Shown piece by piece: positions 13,012 through 25,670 of a stretch of 64,000 nt of DNA. The notes under the pieces were generated by a model. That model ran no database searches and was not told where the DNA came from. It saw only the letters and a program-made list of their open reading frames with translations. The number at the start of each line of letters is the position of its first letter. Position 1 is the stretch's first letter. The DNA is from Trichoplax adhaerens (lineage: Eukaryota > Animalia > Placozoa): assembly GCF_000150275.1 (NCBI RefSeq), contig NW_002060966.1, forward strand, positions 529,922 through 593,921. The letters are read 5' to 3'. Made by a program: the position numbers and the translations under genes.

Positions 13012-13790
13012 GGATAAATATTTATTATAGAACCGAACCGTTAGCAAGTCTAGTTGTAGGCATTTTGCCGATTTTGAAAGTTGCATTGCGCCAGAGGCTG
13101 CAGTCATCTGGAGTGTAATCGTCGAGCCATGAAGTACTGTATGAGATAGAATACTGTCCCATGAATAGCAAGCTGTCCAAAAGACGAGCGTTGCTTAGGT
13201 CAATCAGAAATTTCCATATTATATCTTAGCATATATATATAGATATATATCTATATAAATCGATATATATCATGTTAGCAAGTCTAGTTGTAGGCATTTT
13301 GCTGATTTTGAAAGTTGGATGACACCAGAGGCTGCAGTCATCTCCAGTGTAATCGTCGAGCCATGCAGTACTGTATGAGATAGAATACTGTCCCATGAAT
13401 AGCAAGCTGTCCAAAAGACGAGCGTTGCTTAGGTCAATCAGAAATTTCTATATTATATCTTAGCATATCTATAGAGATATATATCTATATAAATCGATAT
13501 ATATCATATAGAGAGAGATGTAAATAGATATGTATATATATTATATATGAGTATATATACATATATATATATATAGAGAGAGAGAGAAAGAGAGGATAAA
13601 TTTCTATTATAGAACCGAACCGTTAGCAAGTCTAGTTGTTGGCACTTTGCTGATTTTGAAAATTGGATGGCACCAGAGGCTGCAGTCATCTCCAGTGTAA
13701 TCGTTGAGCCATGCAGAGATAGAATAGGAGATAGAATATGAGTAGCAAGCTGTCCAAAAAGACGAGCGTTGCTCAGGTCAAATCCAATCA
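12866..13790. repeat. Three ~170-180 bp units separated by (TA)n/(GA)n microsatellite tracts
   Basis: ttagcaagtctagttgt...ccagaggctgcagtcatct...agcaagctgtccaaaagacgagcgttgct at ~13041, ~13275, ~13623. Confidence 0.9.
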
Positions 13791-14436
13791 TAGCTTATTC
13801 ACTGATAGGATTTGACTGGAAAATAGAGTCATGTATACTACAGTAGATAGTCATTTGGAGGAGGATCGAGCCTCGCGTAGGCCAAATCCAGTACTTTCAA
13901 GATCTGATAGTAAACACTATAGCACGTTCCATACTATACTTGAATGTCTATAGACAATCCAGTCGACACCAGTCAGTCCATTCAAATCCACACCAGCCGC
14001 TGTCGTCTAGCCAATCAGAGATCAGCTGCCAATCTGCTGTCTGACGATCGACTAGTATGTATCAAACATCGACGTGGTTGCATACACATTCCAGTTAAAT
14101 TAGGCCACAAAAATAAGCTTGTATAAAAATCTCCAAATGATCCATTGATCGCACTAGACTGCTAACGAAAATCTTCTCCATTAGCGGCCTTGGCAGGCGT
14201 TCTTCTTGCTCATTTTCACTTCATTTGTGGCATTTTTGCCTTGTTTTACTTATTGTAGGAGAGCGATACAATCCGATTGGTATTAAGAAAGCATTGAGTC
14301 ATCTTTTTCAACTCATTTGGACTCTATGTACCCTGTAGGATTGAGTTGATTGAGAAGTGAAGAGGAAATTAACCCTTGAAAGGCAACAACAACAACAACA
14401 ACAACCTTCGACATCGGCAAGCGTTGTAGGTTGAAA

Positions 14437-17400
14437 ATGGATCCTGAATTTAAGAATCGTCTTGAAAAGAAACGCCGTAAAGTCCAAGATACCTTTGAAT
14501 TTGAAGGATGTAAAGTTGGACGGGGTACTTATGGCCATGTTTATAAGGCCAAGATGAAAAGCAGGTAAACATGAAGACGATGCAATCGTCCTATCCTATA
14601 GCCAACCAATTTTCCTTCCATGGCTACTTTCTCCGTTCATAGTCGATACATTCCGTCAATAATAAATAATAATAATAATAATAATTAAAAAAGAGCGCTT
14701 AAAAAAAGGACGGTCGATAGCATGATTTTAAAGTGTATCCATCTACCGTGCTTATTCCATCGGTATGATGCCAACAAAAGAGTCTTTTTCTTGCTGACAA
14801 GGAAGGAGTTTTTTCCAACGAGTTGCACAGTGTTGAAGATCCAATCGCTTGACATTGATAGCATGTTGTGACCAATAAATGTAATTTCTTTTTTATCGGA
14901 TGGATAGTGGCAAGGAATATGCCTTGAAATTAATCGAAGGAAGTGGTATTTCCATGTCGGCCTGCCGTGAAATTGCTGTAAGTCATGACAACGTTGAATC
15001 ATACTTTGAAAACCGACCGTAGTCAATTTAATTTGTATTAGTAATGCATGACTTCAAGCATGATGCTGTTAACCAAGTTGTCATCTCGACTATTTCTTCC
15101 TTTTCTATTACATCCTTAGTTATTGCGAGAAGTCCATCATCCCAACGTCATCTCATTACAAGGAGTATTTCTAACTCATACCAATCGAAAAGTTTGGTTA
15201 CTATTCGATTTTGCCGAGCATGATTTATGGGTAAGACAGGATGAACTAATCGAGTAGAGCCCAGGATAGCATAGCTCTTTCTACGATCATGTAATCGTTC
15301 TAGTTTGTCAAGAGCCATCTACGAAGGCCCAACGACAGTGCCTGCATGCAAATTTCGACTCGTTCTAGTCTAAAATACCCCAGATAAATACTTAACCATA
15401 ATCTAGAATTCACTAGTCGAATCCACAAGCAATTTTATGCATGACCTACATTCATCGCAAACAAATATTATGCCTGACCAAGACAGTCATGATCTTTTGC
15501 TAATTTTTCATCCTATCTTTGACGTCCTGTTGCAATCCATCTTGCCACTGTCATTTATCATCTTCCTCATGAATATTCCGTTAATGCTTGTAATAGTATT
15601 TGTTATCATTGACAGCGACCAAAGTATCCCTTTTTCGTTACATTCCTCGCTTCTAGTCATACCAAAAGTTTTCCATCGCTTTATTTGCTTCTAGGAATGC
15701 CCAGCTTTCCTTGACTAAATTGTAACAAATGAAGTAAAGAATACCAAACGTTGCTTCCCTTATTTTATAGGATTCTAAAAACTCGATCAATTGTGACTAC
15801 ATTCCAAACAGGAACTCATTTTATTACCATCATTAAATCAGCTGCAATAGCAATAACTGCTCACCTTGTCCTTGAATTAGTTCGGGCGCCATTTAATAAC
15901 CAAGATTGTGACCACGTTACGTTCCACATAGTCAGTGATTGCATCCATCAAAGACCTACAGAGGCAATTAACGTCCTTAGTCGTATCATCCATTTCATTT
16001 GGAAATGAAATGGATGAATCTTCAAGTTCACAAACTAATCCTTGTGTCATGACATTCCATGAGTAAGCATACTTGTTAACTAGTAACTTGCACAGTTGTT
16101 GCAAAAGTATCTTAGCATAATAGATGCTGTAATCGTTGTTGATGAACGCTCTAGTAAAAATGCCTTAATTCGGTTAGACGCTAATCTCCAAAGAAATGTG
16201 TAGAAATGGATTATCTTCTCCACTGAATATTGTATTAATATTACTTGTCTTTATTTGTCATGATGTATAGCACATCATCAAATATCATCGATCGAAAGCA
16301 GGTGATAAAGCAATCTCTCTCGATTCCAAAATGGTCAAATCTTTACTAAAGCAGATTTTAGAAGGGATACACTATTTACATGCCAATTGGATTTTACATC
16401 GTGATTTGGTAAGTTTGCTATAGTACGGCATAGGAAATCAATTCGTTCACAACGATGCTCTTTCTGTAACATAATATTCGATTGCATTGAAATAAGAAAC
16501 CGGCCAATATTCTCGTCATGGGCGAAGGACCAGAAAGAGGAAGAGTCAAAATTGGTAATAAAGTGGAACTTATCAAGTACTTTGTACCAGTAAATTGTCT
16601 TTCTCAGCCTTGTTTTAATAACTACTGTCCGTATTGATCATAACAGCCGACATGGGATTTGCAAGACATTACTGGTCGCCTTTGAAACCCCTTGCCGAGC
16701 TAGATCCAGTCGTAGTGACATCTTGGTATCGAGCTCCTGAATTACTCCTGGGTGCAAGGCATTATACTAAAGCAATCGGTAAATTGATATAGCAGGTTTT
16801 GAGCTCTCTAATTATAATCAGTAACTAGCTATTCATTAAAAGTTGATAATTGCATCGTAATACTGCTCACGCTACTCATCATAAATTGATTTCATAATCT
16901 GTTGTTCATTTTCTTCAACGACTGCAACCACTGTTAATGCGCTTACCTTTGAAATAGTTCTTATCGATTGCTTCCAATATCATTCACTTCCATTATCATA
17001 TTCTTTTGTAGACATTTGGGCTATAGGCTGTATTTTTGCTGAATTGCTTACTTCAGAGCCGATTTTTCATTGTCGACAAGAGGATTTTAAAACGAGCAAC
17101 CCTTATCATCGCGATCAATTGGAAAGAATCTTTATGGTCATGGGATATCCGCATGGTATAACTTTTAAAATTGTTCTGAATTAAAATCAAAACAAATTTG
17201 CCATGTAGCTATGTTTTTGAGTTGTGCTTATCCATGCATTAAATAACTATAGAAAAGGATTGGGAAGATATAAAAAAGACACCAAACTATGCTAAATTAG
17301 CGTCTGACTTTAGAAAAATTTCGTATGTCTAAAATCGATAGAATTCGAAATGAATAATTGTTGATATTGATTCTATGGTCCTTCTAATGCCTATTGCTAT

Positions 17401-18532
17401 TTTCAAATTAAGGACGTACACAAATTGTAGTTTGGCAAAATACATGGATAAATTTAAGATTAAGCAAGACAGTAAAGAATTTATACTGGTTAGTTCATCC
17501 TATTCTATATTTTGTTTAGCCATATCTGGCTGATTATGAGATGTTTTGTCAACAATTTTCTCTCCCATAGCTTCAAAAATGCCTAACAATTGATCCAAAT
17601 AAGAGAATATCGTCTGAACAAGCCATTGATGATGCATACTTTCGCGAAGAACCACTACCAACGGAAGAGTAAGTATAGTGACTAATTGGTAAATTTCTAC
17701 TGCGTTCAAAACAGTTGATGTTGTCGAATTGGCTATAGCGTATTTGATCACAAAACAATTCCATATCCGAAAAGAGAATTCCTAAATGAGGATGACAATG
17801 AAGACAAGGGTGATAAGCATAAGGTATATTGCGATGGCGTAGATTATATATATTAAACACTTTATGACATATCAGCGGTTGGTTGTGAAATAGAAATGAT
17901 TTGTTATACAAGCATAAGGATGTCTTTATTACTGTGACTTAAAGTTAATTTTATGGAAATGTAATATCCTATTCCCAGATAATCTTCATTATACGTTCCT
18001 GTTTATTCATAGAATAAAAAGATGGAAGCTACCACTACTCATAATGTTAACATGGATAACATGATCCATAACAGGTCGCATCAACAACAACGAATGAATA
18101 ACGCCTATTCTGCAAAGCGTGCGCTGCCAACAAATCCAGTGGCAAATTACCAGCGGCAGCAAGCAACTCATATGGCTGTTACCGCTAATAAAGGGAATTA
18201 TAGTTCAGGTAGCAGTTTACTTCAACTGTTATTAGCATCAAATTACTATAAGTTCTTAAGTGTCAATCACTTATTACTCACCTTGACCCGTGATATTATC
18301 GGACTTATTTTCATGTCTAGTTTAATTTACTTTTTCATTTTTCCTATATGGATACTTATACTAAAGATAAATATAACGTCATTGTAATTGACTTGGTAGT
18401 GAATAATATCATTTCTTATTCGAGCGTGGTATTGTGCAGTAATTAGAAATTGTAAACAATTTTTTAATTATAGCTAACAAAAATAACAAGATGTTTAATG
18501 ACTGCAAAAAGATGAAGGGGTATGCGAAATAA
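14437..18532 (+). CDS. CDK8: CDK8/CDK19 Mediator kinase, paralogue A; exons 14437-14564, 14908-14977, 15120-15230, 16271-16408, 16497-16554, 16647-16778, 17012-17155, 17253-17322, 17413-17488, 17571-17668, 17739-17823, 18013-18208, probable last exon 18474-18532
   Basis: [29 protein letters not shown] (CDK8-specific C-helix), [48 protein letters not shown]-rich tail. All junctions are GT-AG and in phase; the last exon is less certain. Confidence 0.93.
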
Positions 18533-19764
18533 CATCCATGTCGAACTAATTTCAATCGAACGCGTAAAAGACACTTTATTCTATGACATAACTTTATTGG
18601 AGCTCTGCTTCAAGTTGTGTATACTACTATTTCGAGTAGTTGTAATTTTGATGTAAATGCAAGGCATAGTTGCTCCGGATTGCCTTTACAGTAACAAGAT
18701 TAATCAGAAATTCTGCCTCGTATAGAATAAGCTATCCAATTTTTCAGGTCCTCAATAACATTGTATAAATTTACTGAATCTGCAATCCAATATGTTATAA
18801 ATGGACTATAAGCTTTGTGTACAAATAGTCGTTTACCTTTTAGTATTAGCAAAACGATATTATGAATGACAAGGTAAGCGTAGTTGCGCCAAGGATAAAC
18901 CTGTGAATACGGTGTAAATGGATTATGAGACCTCTTTGATAGCAAAATTAGGATCCCTCATTTATTGTATTATAAGTAATCTGTCTGGTATATATGTAAT
19001 AATACTGTCTAATTGGCGCTCCTAAATATGTCATGTGTTTAAAGTATTCCAATAAGCGATACGAAATGAGTCAGTATCGTATTTCGTATTGTAAGCGAAC
19101 AACTGCAATACTTTGTGCTCAATATCGACTGGTCATTGGCGGATATCCTGCAATACCTTAATCAAAATTATAATGGTAGACATGACTGACATTAGCCAAC
19201 TGCACTGATCATGTTAGATTGCCTTCTCTATAATTTTAATGAAGTCAGTGTCGTTAGTTTGTAAATATTTGCTGTTAAATGATGCTTTATTGCGTTGGTA
19301 CGTATCAAGCAAACGGTACATGCACAGTTTTAGGAATTCTCTACTAGAATCCTGATGGTGTTAATATTCTTCATCCTTAGCCTCATTGAAAAATATCCTA
19401 TACACCTTTGACTGAAATAAAATTATAATTGCGAATTGAATTGCTATTTGCTGTAATGCAAGATGTGTGTTTAGGTCGCACATATCGGCTAAATTATCAT
19501 CGTTTATTCTTTATTGGATAATTAGCTGTGCAATCTAATTTCTAAAGATAGCAAAATCTTTTTAGCAATGATAGTTGGCAGAGTAGAAAAACTTGACCTA
19601 ATCAATAACTCGTTACTTATGGTTACGGTAGATATAGATCGAAAGAGTACTTTAATTTGAAGATTGATCGTTTACTTCAGTATTAATAAAAAACATCTCG
19701 ATTCAAACGAAAATAACGTTACGATATATAGTTTCATTGCGAGTAACGTAATCGCAAATATGAA

Positions 19765-20450
19765 ATAGTCTAAATTGTTAGCCAATACCATCTGCTTAGA
19801 GGCTTAAGTAAATCTATACAATGTACTTTTAAAGCAATAAGAAGAATCTTAAAATCCAACCGCAAGTTGTATATGTAATTTAATAAATGAGGTATATGAG
19901 ATACTTGTACTCTAATTGTAACAAATGCTATCTAATGGATAGAGATAACGTATGCTTTGTATTTAAAGCTAAACATTATTAAACATATTCCGGGTAAAAT
20001 TGCGCATTATTAATTAACTATAAATTCTAAATGGTCTACGGCTGTATCACGTTAAATTAGCAAGATGTGCGATGGCCTTACAGCGTAATATTGTTATGAC
20101 GGAGTTTTAGCAGTATTCGAATTAATGGCATAGTCTTATAAATACTGTTAGCCAATACTATATGCTTAGGGGACTAAGCTCATTGGTGCAGTGCACTTTC
20201 AATGGCATTGAAAGAATCCCCAAAGTCAATGCCAAATTGTATATCTTACTAGCTATCAAATAATTATCGAATGTTTGTGAGTAAAATCTAAATGCTAATT
20301 ATATGAGACACTTGTACTCCAACTATAGCAATACGATGGAAAGCAAAGTAGCGATAGCGCATGATTTTACTTAAAGCTAACGTTATGAATTTTACTCGAG
20401 GTCAAATTGTATATTAGTCATTCTAAATTCTAAAAAGCCTACAGCTGCAG
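19765..20450. repeat. Degenerate direct duplication (~370 bp period)
   Basis: tgttagccaatac.at.tgcttag at ~19776 and ~20146; tatatgaga.acttgtactc at ~19893 and ~20300; ttaaagctaa at ~19963 and ~20371. Confidence 0.7.
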
Positions 20451-20772
20451 TACATGAAAACCAGCACGAGATACTGTGCGGTATAATAACATTACAACTA
20501 AATATTGCCATGACGTAATTTTAAACAGAGTCCTAATTAATGACCTAAATAATTCCATATGTTTTCCTGGACAGTTTTGATATTGGACGCCTTCTATTAT
20601 ATATGGTAAGTCAACTCAATCCGTAGTCGGCAGTAATACAGGTTTTAAAAGTCGTTCTACAGATAGTATATATATATAGTCTTTCCACTTAGCAAGAGAG
20701 AGTCATTTTATTCCTTCATTAAGCTCCATTTTAACGAAATAATACAAGTCCACTCGTTATTATTATATTAAA

Positions 20773-23332
20773 ATGAATTCAAAGGCAGTCAGTATGAGTA
20801 TAACATTAACAATCTTTCTAACAGGAACTTTTTGTTTCCCTACAGCAATAGGTGAGAATGAGAATTCAGTAATCCTGTAGAAATACGCTATCCAAATTGG
20901 AATGCTGTTAAGAATGCCATATAAGGTTGATAATGACGACGCATTAATAATCTGCTTGGAATTTCTTTTTAGCTCAATGCGATATCGCATTAAATTTCAC
21001 CAAAGGAGAATTTCACTCCATTGATTATCCTCAACATTATCCTGCTAAAAAATGTTCTTATACTATTCAAGCTCCTTCCGGTTATCATATTATATTGAAT
21101 TGGCAAAGTTTTCACGTAGGATTGCCGAAGCAAAATGATCGCTGCCCCAGCGATGAAGTTGCAGTTTATAATGGCCGAATTAGTTTACACCAAGGCCGAG
21201 TAACAATGTGCGGCTATGATGGAGAAAGTGTTACATCAAGTGGAAATATTTTAACAGTGGTTTTATCTGGCTACAGCAATCGAAGGTATACAGGATTTCT
21301 GGCTAAATATTTCATAGGTAAGTTATTTTAATCCTCATAACGATATACACACTTGTAAGTATTTGGCCTTTCATTTCGTTTTGGAAGCATTGATGATTGC
21401 TTTGAAACAAAGACTGAGTATATTTAAGTTCATTTACATTTAATATTTCTAATATACGTATCAATGCAGAAGGGTGTGGGGTTTTTCGTATGGATTTTCT
21501 GTATTGTGAGCTGTACCCCTCTCGTTTTACAAGATACTGGAAATTTAACAAATCAGATATATTTTATAAAACGGCTATTCTATAAGCTACACATACTGGT
21601 ATATACGACTACAGAATTTTTAGAGTTACATCACATAAATTGATGAACAATTTTGCGAAATGTAGCCATAATTAGCTAGAAACTGTGAGAATTACATTAA
21701 TTCAAATTGTTCGACTTTCTAATGGTTGTTGTTATAGTCAATGAACCAAATATAAGGCCATTGAATATGTGATAGCTATCAGTACTTGATCTGAACCTTA
21801 ATAGCAATGGCAATCCTTTCAGTATAACAGTCTCTATTTATCCATTTATGAATGATTTTTAAGTTACTATTTAATTATCTTCTCTGACAAATTAACAAGA
21901 GCTTCATGAACAAATTCCAGAAATGATTTCGGCCATGCTCTATAGTAAATCCGGCCTTCAGTAAAATGATATTACTAATCTTCTTAGTATGCAATTTCTA
22001 AGAAGATTCAGCTTAACTTTTCCCTTAAACATAACCACAATTGAAATAGTATTGCATAGATAGATAATAATTATTAGACTGCATTACATAGTTTAAATCG
22101 GTAACAATAAAGCGGATAATGCCGATCTGGTCTATTATGACTATCCCTTGCTTCACTGCTTTGGGTTATTTACACAGAGTAGTTTATAAATAATAATTGA
22201 GATTTACAGAGCCTCGTACATAATTGAAATATTTGTAATGAAGCGTCGGTTCGTTATATATTACAGGTACCGTAATCTCCTAATTAACAGTATTTACTAT
22301 AGCAATATACGGTAGCAATTTAGGCGTAATAATTTCAGTATTTGCTAAACTGCATATCAACTTAATTCGGGTTTCAGTTAGCCTAAGCAAGATTTAGTAC
22401 AAATTCGAGGATAATACAAATACTGTACTAAATTTCGAATTGTTTTTTTTAACTTTATTTCAGAACGCATTAAATGTGCTAGTATGACCATAACAACAGA
22501 TATTGGAATGCTTTCTGGCCCGCTAGCTTATCCTTGGGATTGCCTATATACGATACAGCTGGCTTCAAATCGAAATGTTAACTTTGAGTTATTGCATCAT
22601 AACGTTTCATTGCGATCTAGCCAGTCCGCCTGCCTATCTTACGTTGCACTATACATTAACAATTTCACACCCAAGAACGAAATCTATCAGTTTTGCTTTG
22701 ATCATATGTTTCCTCCTATGTATTCTTCGAGTTCCAATATCGCATTTGTACGATTTCGTAGTAAGGAGCAGCAAAATCCATTCTACGGGCTAACGGTTTT
22801 ATATCGTTCACGTAAGTTGAAAGTTCAATTGCAGCAAAAGGTGCCATATTTACTCTCTAGTATTGTACGTATATAATATGCATAATTTTGAAGTTATAAC
22901 TACAGGAATTTTTCAATAATTCAATTTCATTGGCTATTAAATGAGATATAGAATAAAGTATAAAAGTAAAATTCTGATACATTTGTACAAGCAAAACCTC
23001 ACAGCTATAGAAATTTAGTACAGTGTATTTTATTGAATTATTTATTTAAAGCTCAAAATGACATTTTCTTGTGCGTTGCTATTATTACTAGCTCTACACT
23101 TTGATAGCATAATCCACTAATTATTGCTATTGCTTTTGTAGATTTTGTTACTCATTCTTCTCCTACAAAAAAAACATCGGTGCCAGAACATAACATAGCT
23201 GTTAGAATTGTCTTAATCATAGCTATAGCATCAGTAGCATTGACCGCTATTTGCTGCTCTGGATATCATGGGCGAAAATACTACAACAGACGTATTGAAA
23301 ATCCTGAAGAAGTAGAGCCACTACAGCAATGA
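20773..23332 (+). CDS. CUB gene 1: signal peptide-CUB-CUB-TM-short acidic tail; exons 20773-20851, 20973-21317, 22464-22811, 23142-23332
   Basis: Signal exon MNSKAVSMSITLTIFLTGTFCFPTAI. CUB motifs FHSIDYPQHYP..CSYTI and YTGFLAKY. TM IVLIIAIASVALTAICCSGY. All introns phase 1. Confidence 0.85.
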
Positions 23333-25670
23333 GTGACAATAGCTATAGCTCTAGAGATGCGAGAAATTTTAACAATAAAGAAAGGCATATCAAAAATTTC
23401 TATCGACGAACTTATGGCAATATATCATGATTCGGAAATTGACTAATGAGTAAAAATTTTTCATATAATAATGGCATATCACTTATGATGGTTTGCCGAT
23501 CGAACTGATGGAGATTATACTCTATAAAACAATACGGGTTTGCCTTCATTATCTTTATAATATCATTTTTGGTTTGGTAGTAATCATGTAAATGCTACCG
23601 TTAATTACTGACAGATTGAGTCGCTTGCTGCACTTCACGATAGGCCCATTTGGAAATATTTAAATTCTAGATTTAATAAAACTAGACTACTATATGCATA
23701 CTAAATAGTAAGCTTATTAGTAATACAAGTACTAATCTTGGTACTATTTGAGCTGTATATGTAGTTTATAACAAGAATTATAGGCATGAGATTTTTCCCC
23801 AAACATAATAATTTATAAAATTATGGCTGAATTATATTATCCGAACACAATTAAGTTAAGATATCTAGTACTTATTAAAAGATATGAAAACCCTTTAGAC
23901 TGTCATCAATTACTATGCCGGGTCTGAAAGTACAATAATATTGCGAATTTTTTTGTCTATCAACGGTAATTAAACTCGGCAAGTAGATGATACTAAATTT
24001 TGCTAGCATATTGTAATACTACTTACGGATAATTCTATAAATTTAAACTTATAGTACTCTTTAAAATTTTCGACGGTAATTTTTAAACATGCAGATAAAG
24101 TAATATCATATTATAGAAAATAATTAATATCTAATATTTACCAGAATGCTTATATATGCACCTTATTTATTTATCTTATAAAACTAATCGTTGATGAAAC
24201 ATATAATAAATTAATCTAAAGTAAAAGCACCTGGGTTATTCCAGAAGAACTAATAGACAAATTATATACTAAATTTTAAAGAAATCTTTATTATAGGATT
24301 AGAATAGTATGCCTTTAAGCATTATGTTAGATATTAATTACAGTTTTTATTCGACAATGTATAGATTAGTATAACTACGCTTTAATTTATAGCATTTATA
24401 ATACTGTAGTTTCTTAATTGTGTTATTTATAAACTCACTACTATATATTCTTATAGAGGGCAGATTGATAACTTGGAACACCAAAATTTATACTAGCTCT
24501 ATACAAAATACATATAAAAATTTTTAAGAGCACTCATTCTCGTTTTACTACTGTTATACCTTAACATTGATAGTGATACATAAAATTTATTCGTAATTTT
24601 TATATGTAAAAATATTGACCAAATAGAATCGAATAATTGCAATAGTAACTCATAGTGAGATAGCTCAATATTTTGCATAACCTGTTACTTCAGTGATGTC
24701 ATAGAGTGAACTATTTATAACTTTACATTCGTATTGTTTGTTTGCATACCTTTATTAAATCCAATAAAAGCTTTGAAAAAATTAAAATATATCGGCATGA
24801 CAACGTTGAACGTAATCTGCGTTACTTGTATCCTATTAATTCAGGTCGAAAGAATGTGTTATATATCTGCTACTTATATTCAAGGAGGCCTTTTTCCTTC
24901 CTTTACCTTAAGGTGAGTTAATTCTGTTTGGGATTACGTTACTTCTGGACGTGCATGCGCATTCATTTCCGGTTCCTAGCTATATTATAATAATGCCGTA
25001 TCATACCTATAGCAGCCTATAACTAACTAAAGTTTGTAACGAAAAAACTAAAACTGCGAGCTTACTAGTAATGATATTCAACTACTTTCAATCCACTATC
25101 ATTAGAGGGCTGCAGTACCTGCACATCTCCCTTTTACTATTAGCTAATCAACGAAAGTAGATTAAATACCAAGCAGTCTATTGCCACATGAATATCAATT
25201 AAGATTGCGTACGTAACGTTACAAACAGATACACTTATGTCATAAAAATATCTATTTAATACTCTAAAAATATAATAATTAACATTAAATTTCTAGTTGT
25301 CAAGTGATAATTATGTTACTGCTAGTTAGCGCAAGTTACACCTTAGGACAGAAATAAATATTATCTCACTTTGTCGACATAACTTTATGTCGCTTTTTAA
25401 AGGTTGCTTAAATTGCTTTAATTACATGTACTGCATTTAGAAAACTCTGTATCAGATTTTTTACCCTATTAGCTTAATCTTTACCTATCACCTATTCATT
25501 CACTACGGTACCCTTTTCTGCTTTTGAATTTAATTTTGAAGACATGAGAATGATTTAAAATACTAAGATCAGATGAAAGTAGCTTATAAATTTTCTGATG
25601 CTGCAATATAATTACATTTCCTAACACTAATTAGGCGATTTTATTTATGTTTTAGAAGCAGATATCGAAA

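Noticed and set aside
11750-13790. CRISPR-like appearance of repeats, and ORFs 12865-13107, 13226-13414, 13504-13791
   Set aside because: Units are long and the intervening sequence is homologous rather than unique spacers. No cas genes and a eukaryotic context. The ORFs are translations of repeats and microsatellites.
15437-16104. ORFs and a minus-strand acceptor/donor pair in CDK8-A intron 3 (possible nested gene)
   Set aside because: The candidate minus exon has stops in all three frames and no recognisable motif.
18209-18387. Hydrophobic TM-like C-terminus of ORF 18022-18387
   Set aside because: Most likely read-through into AT-rich intron sequence past a donor at 18209. CDK8 is not a membrane protein.
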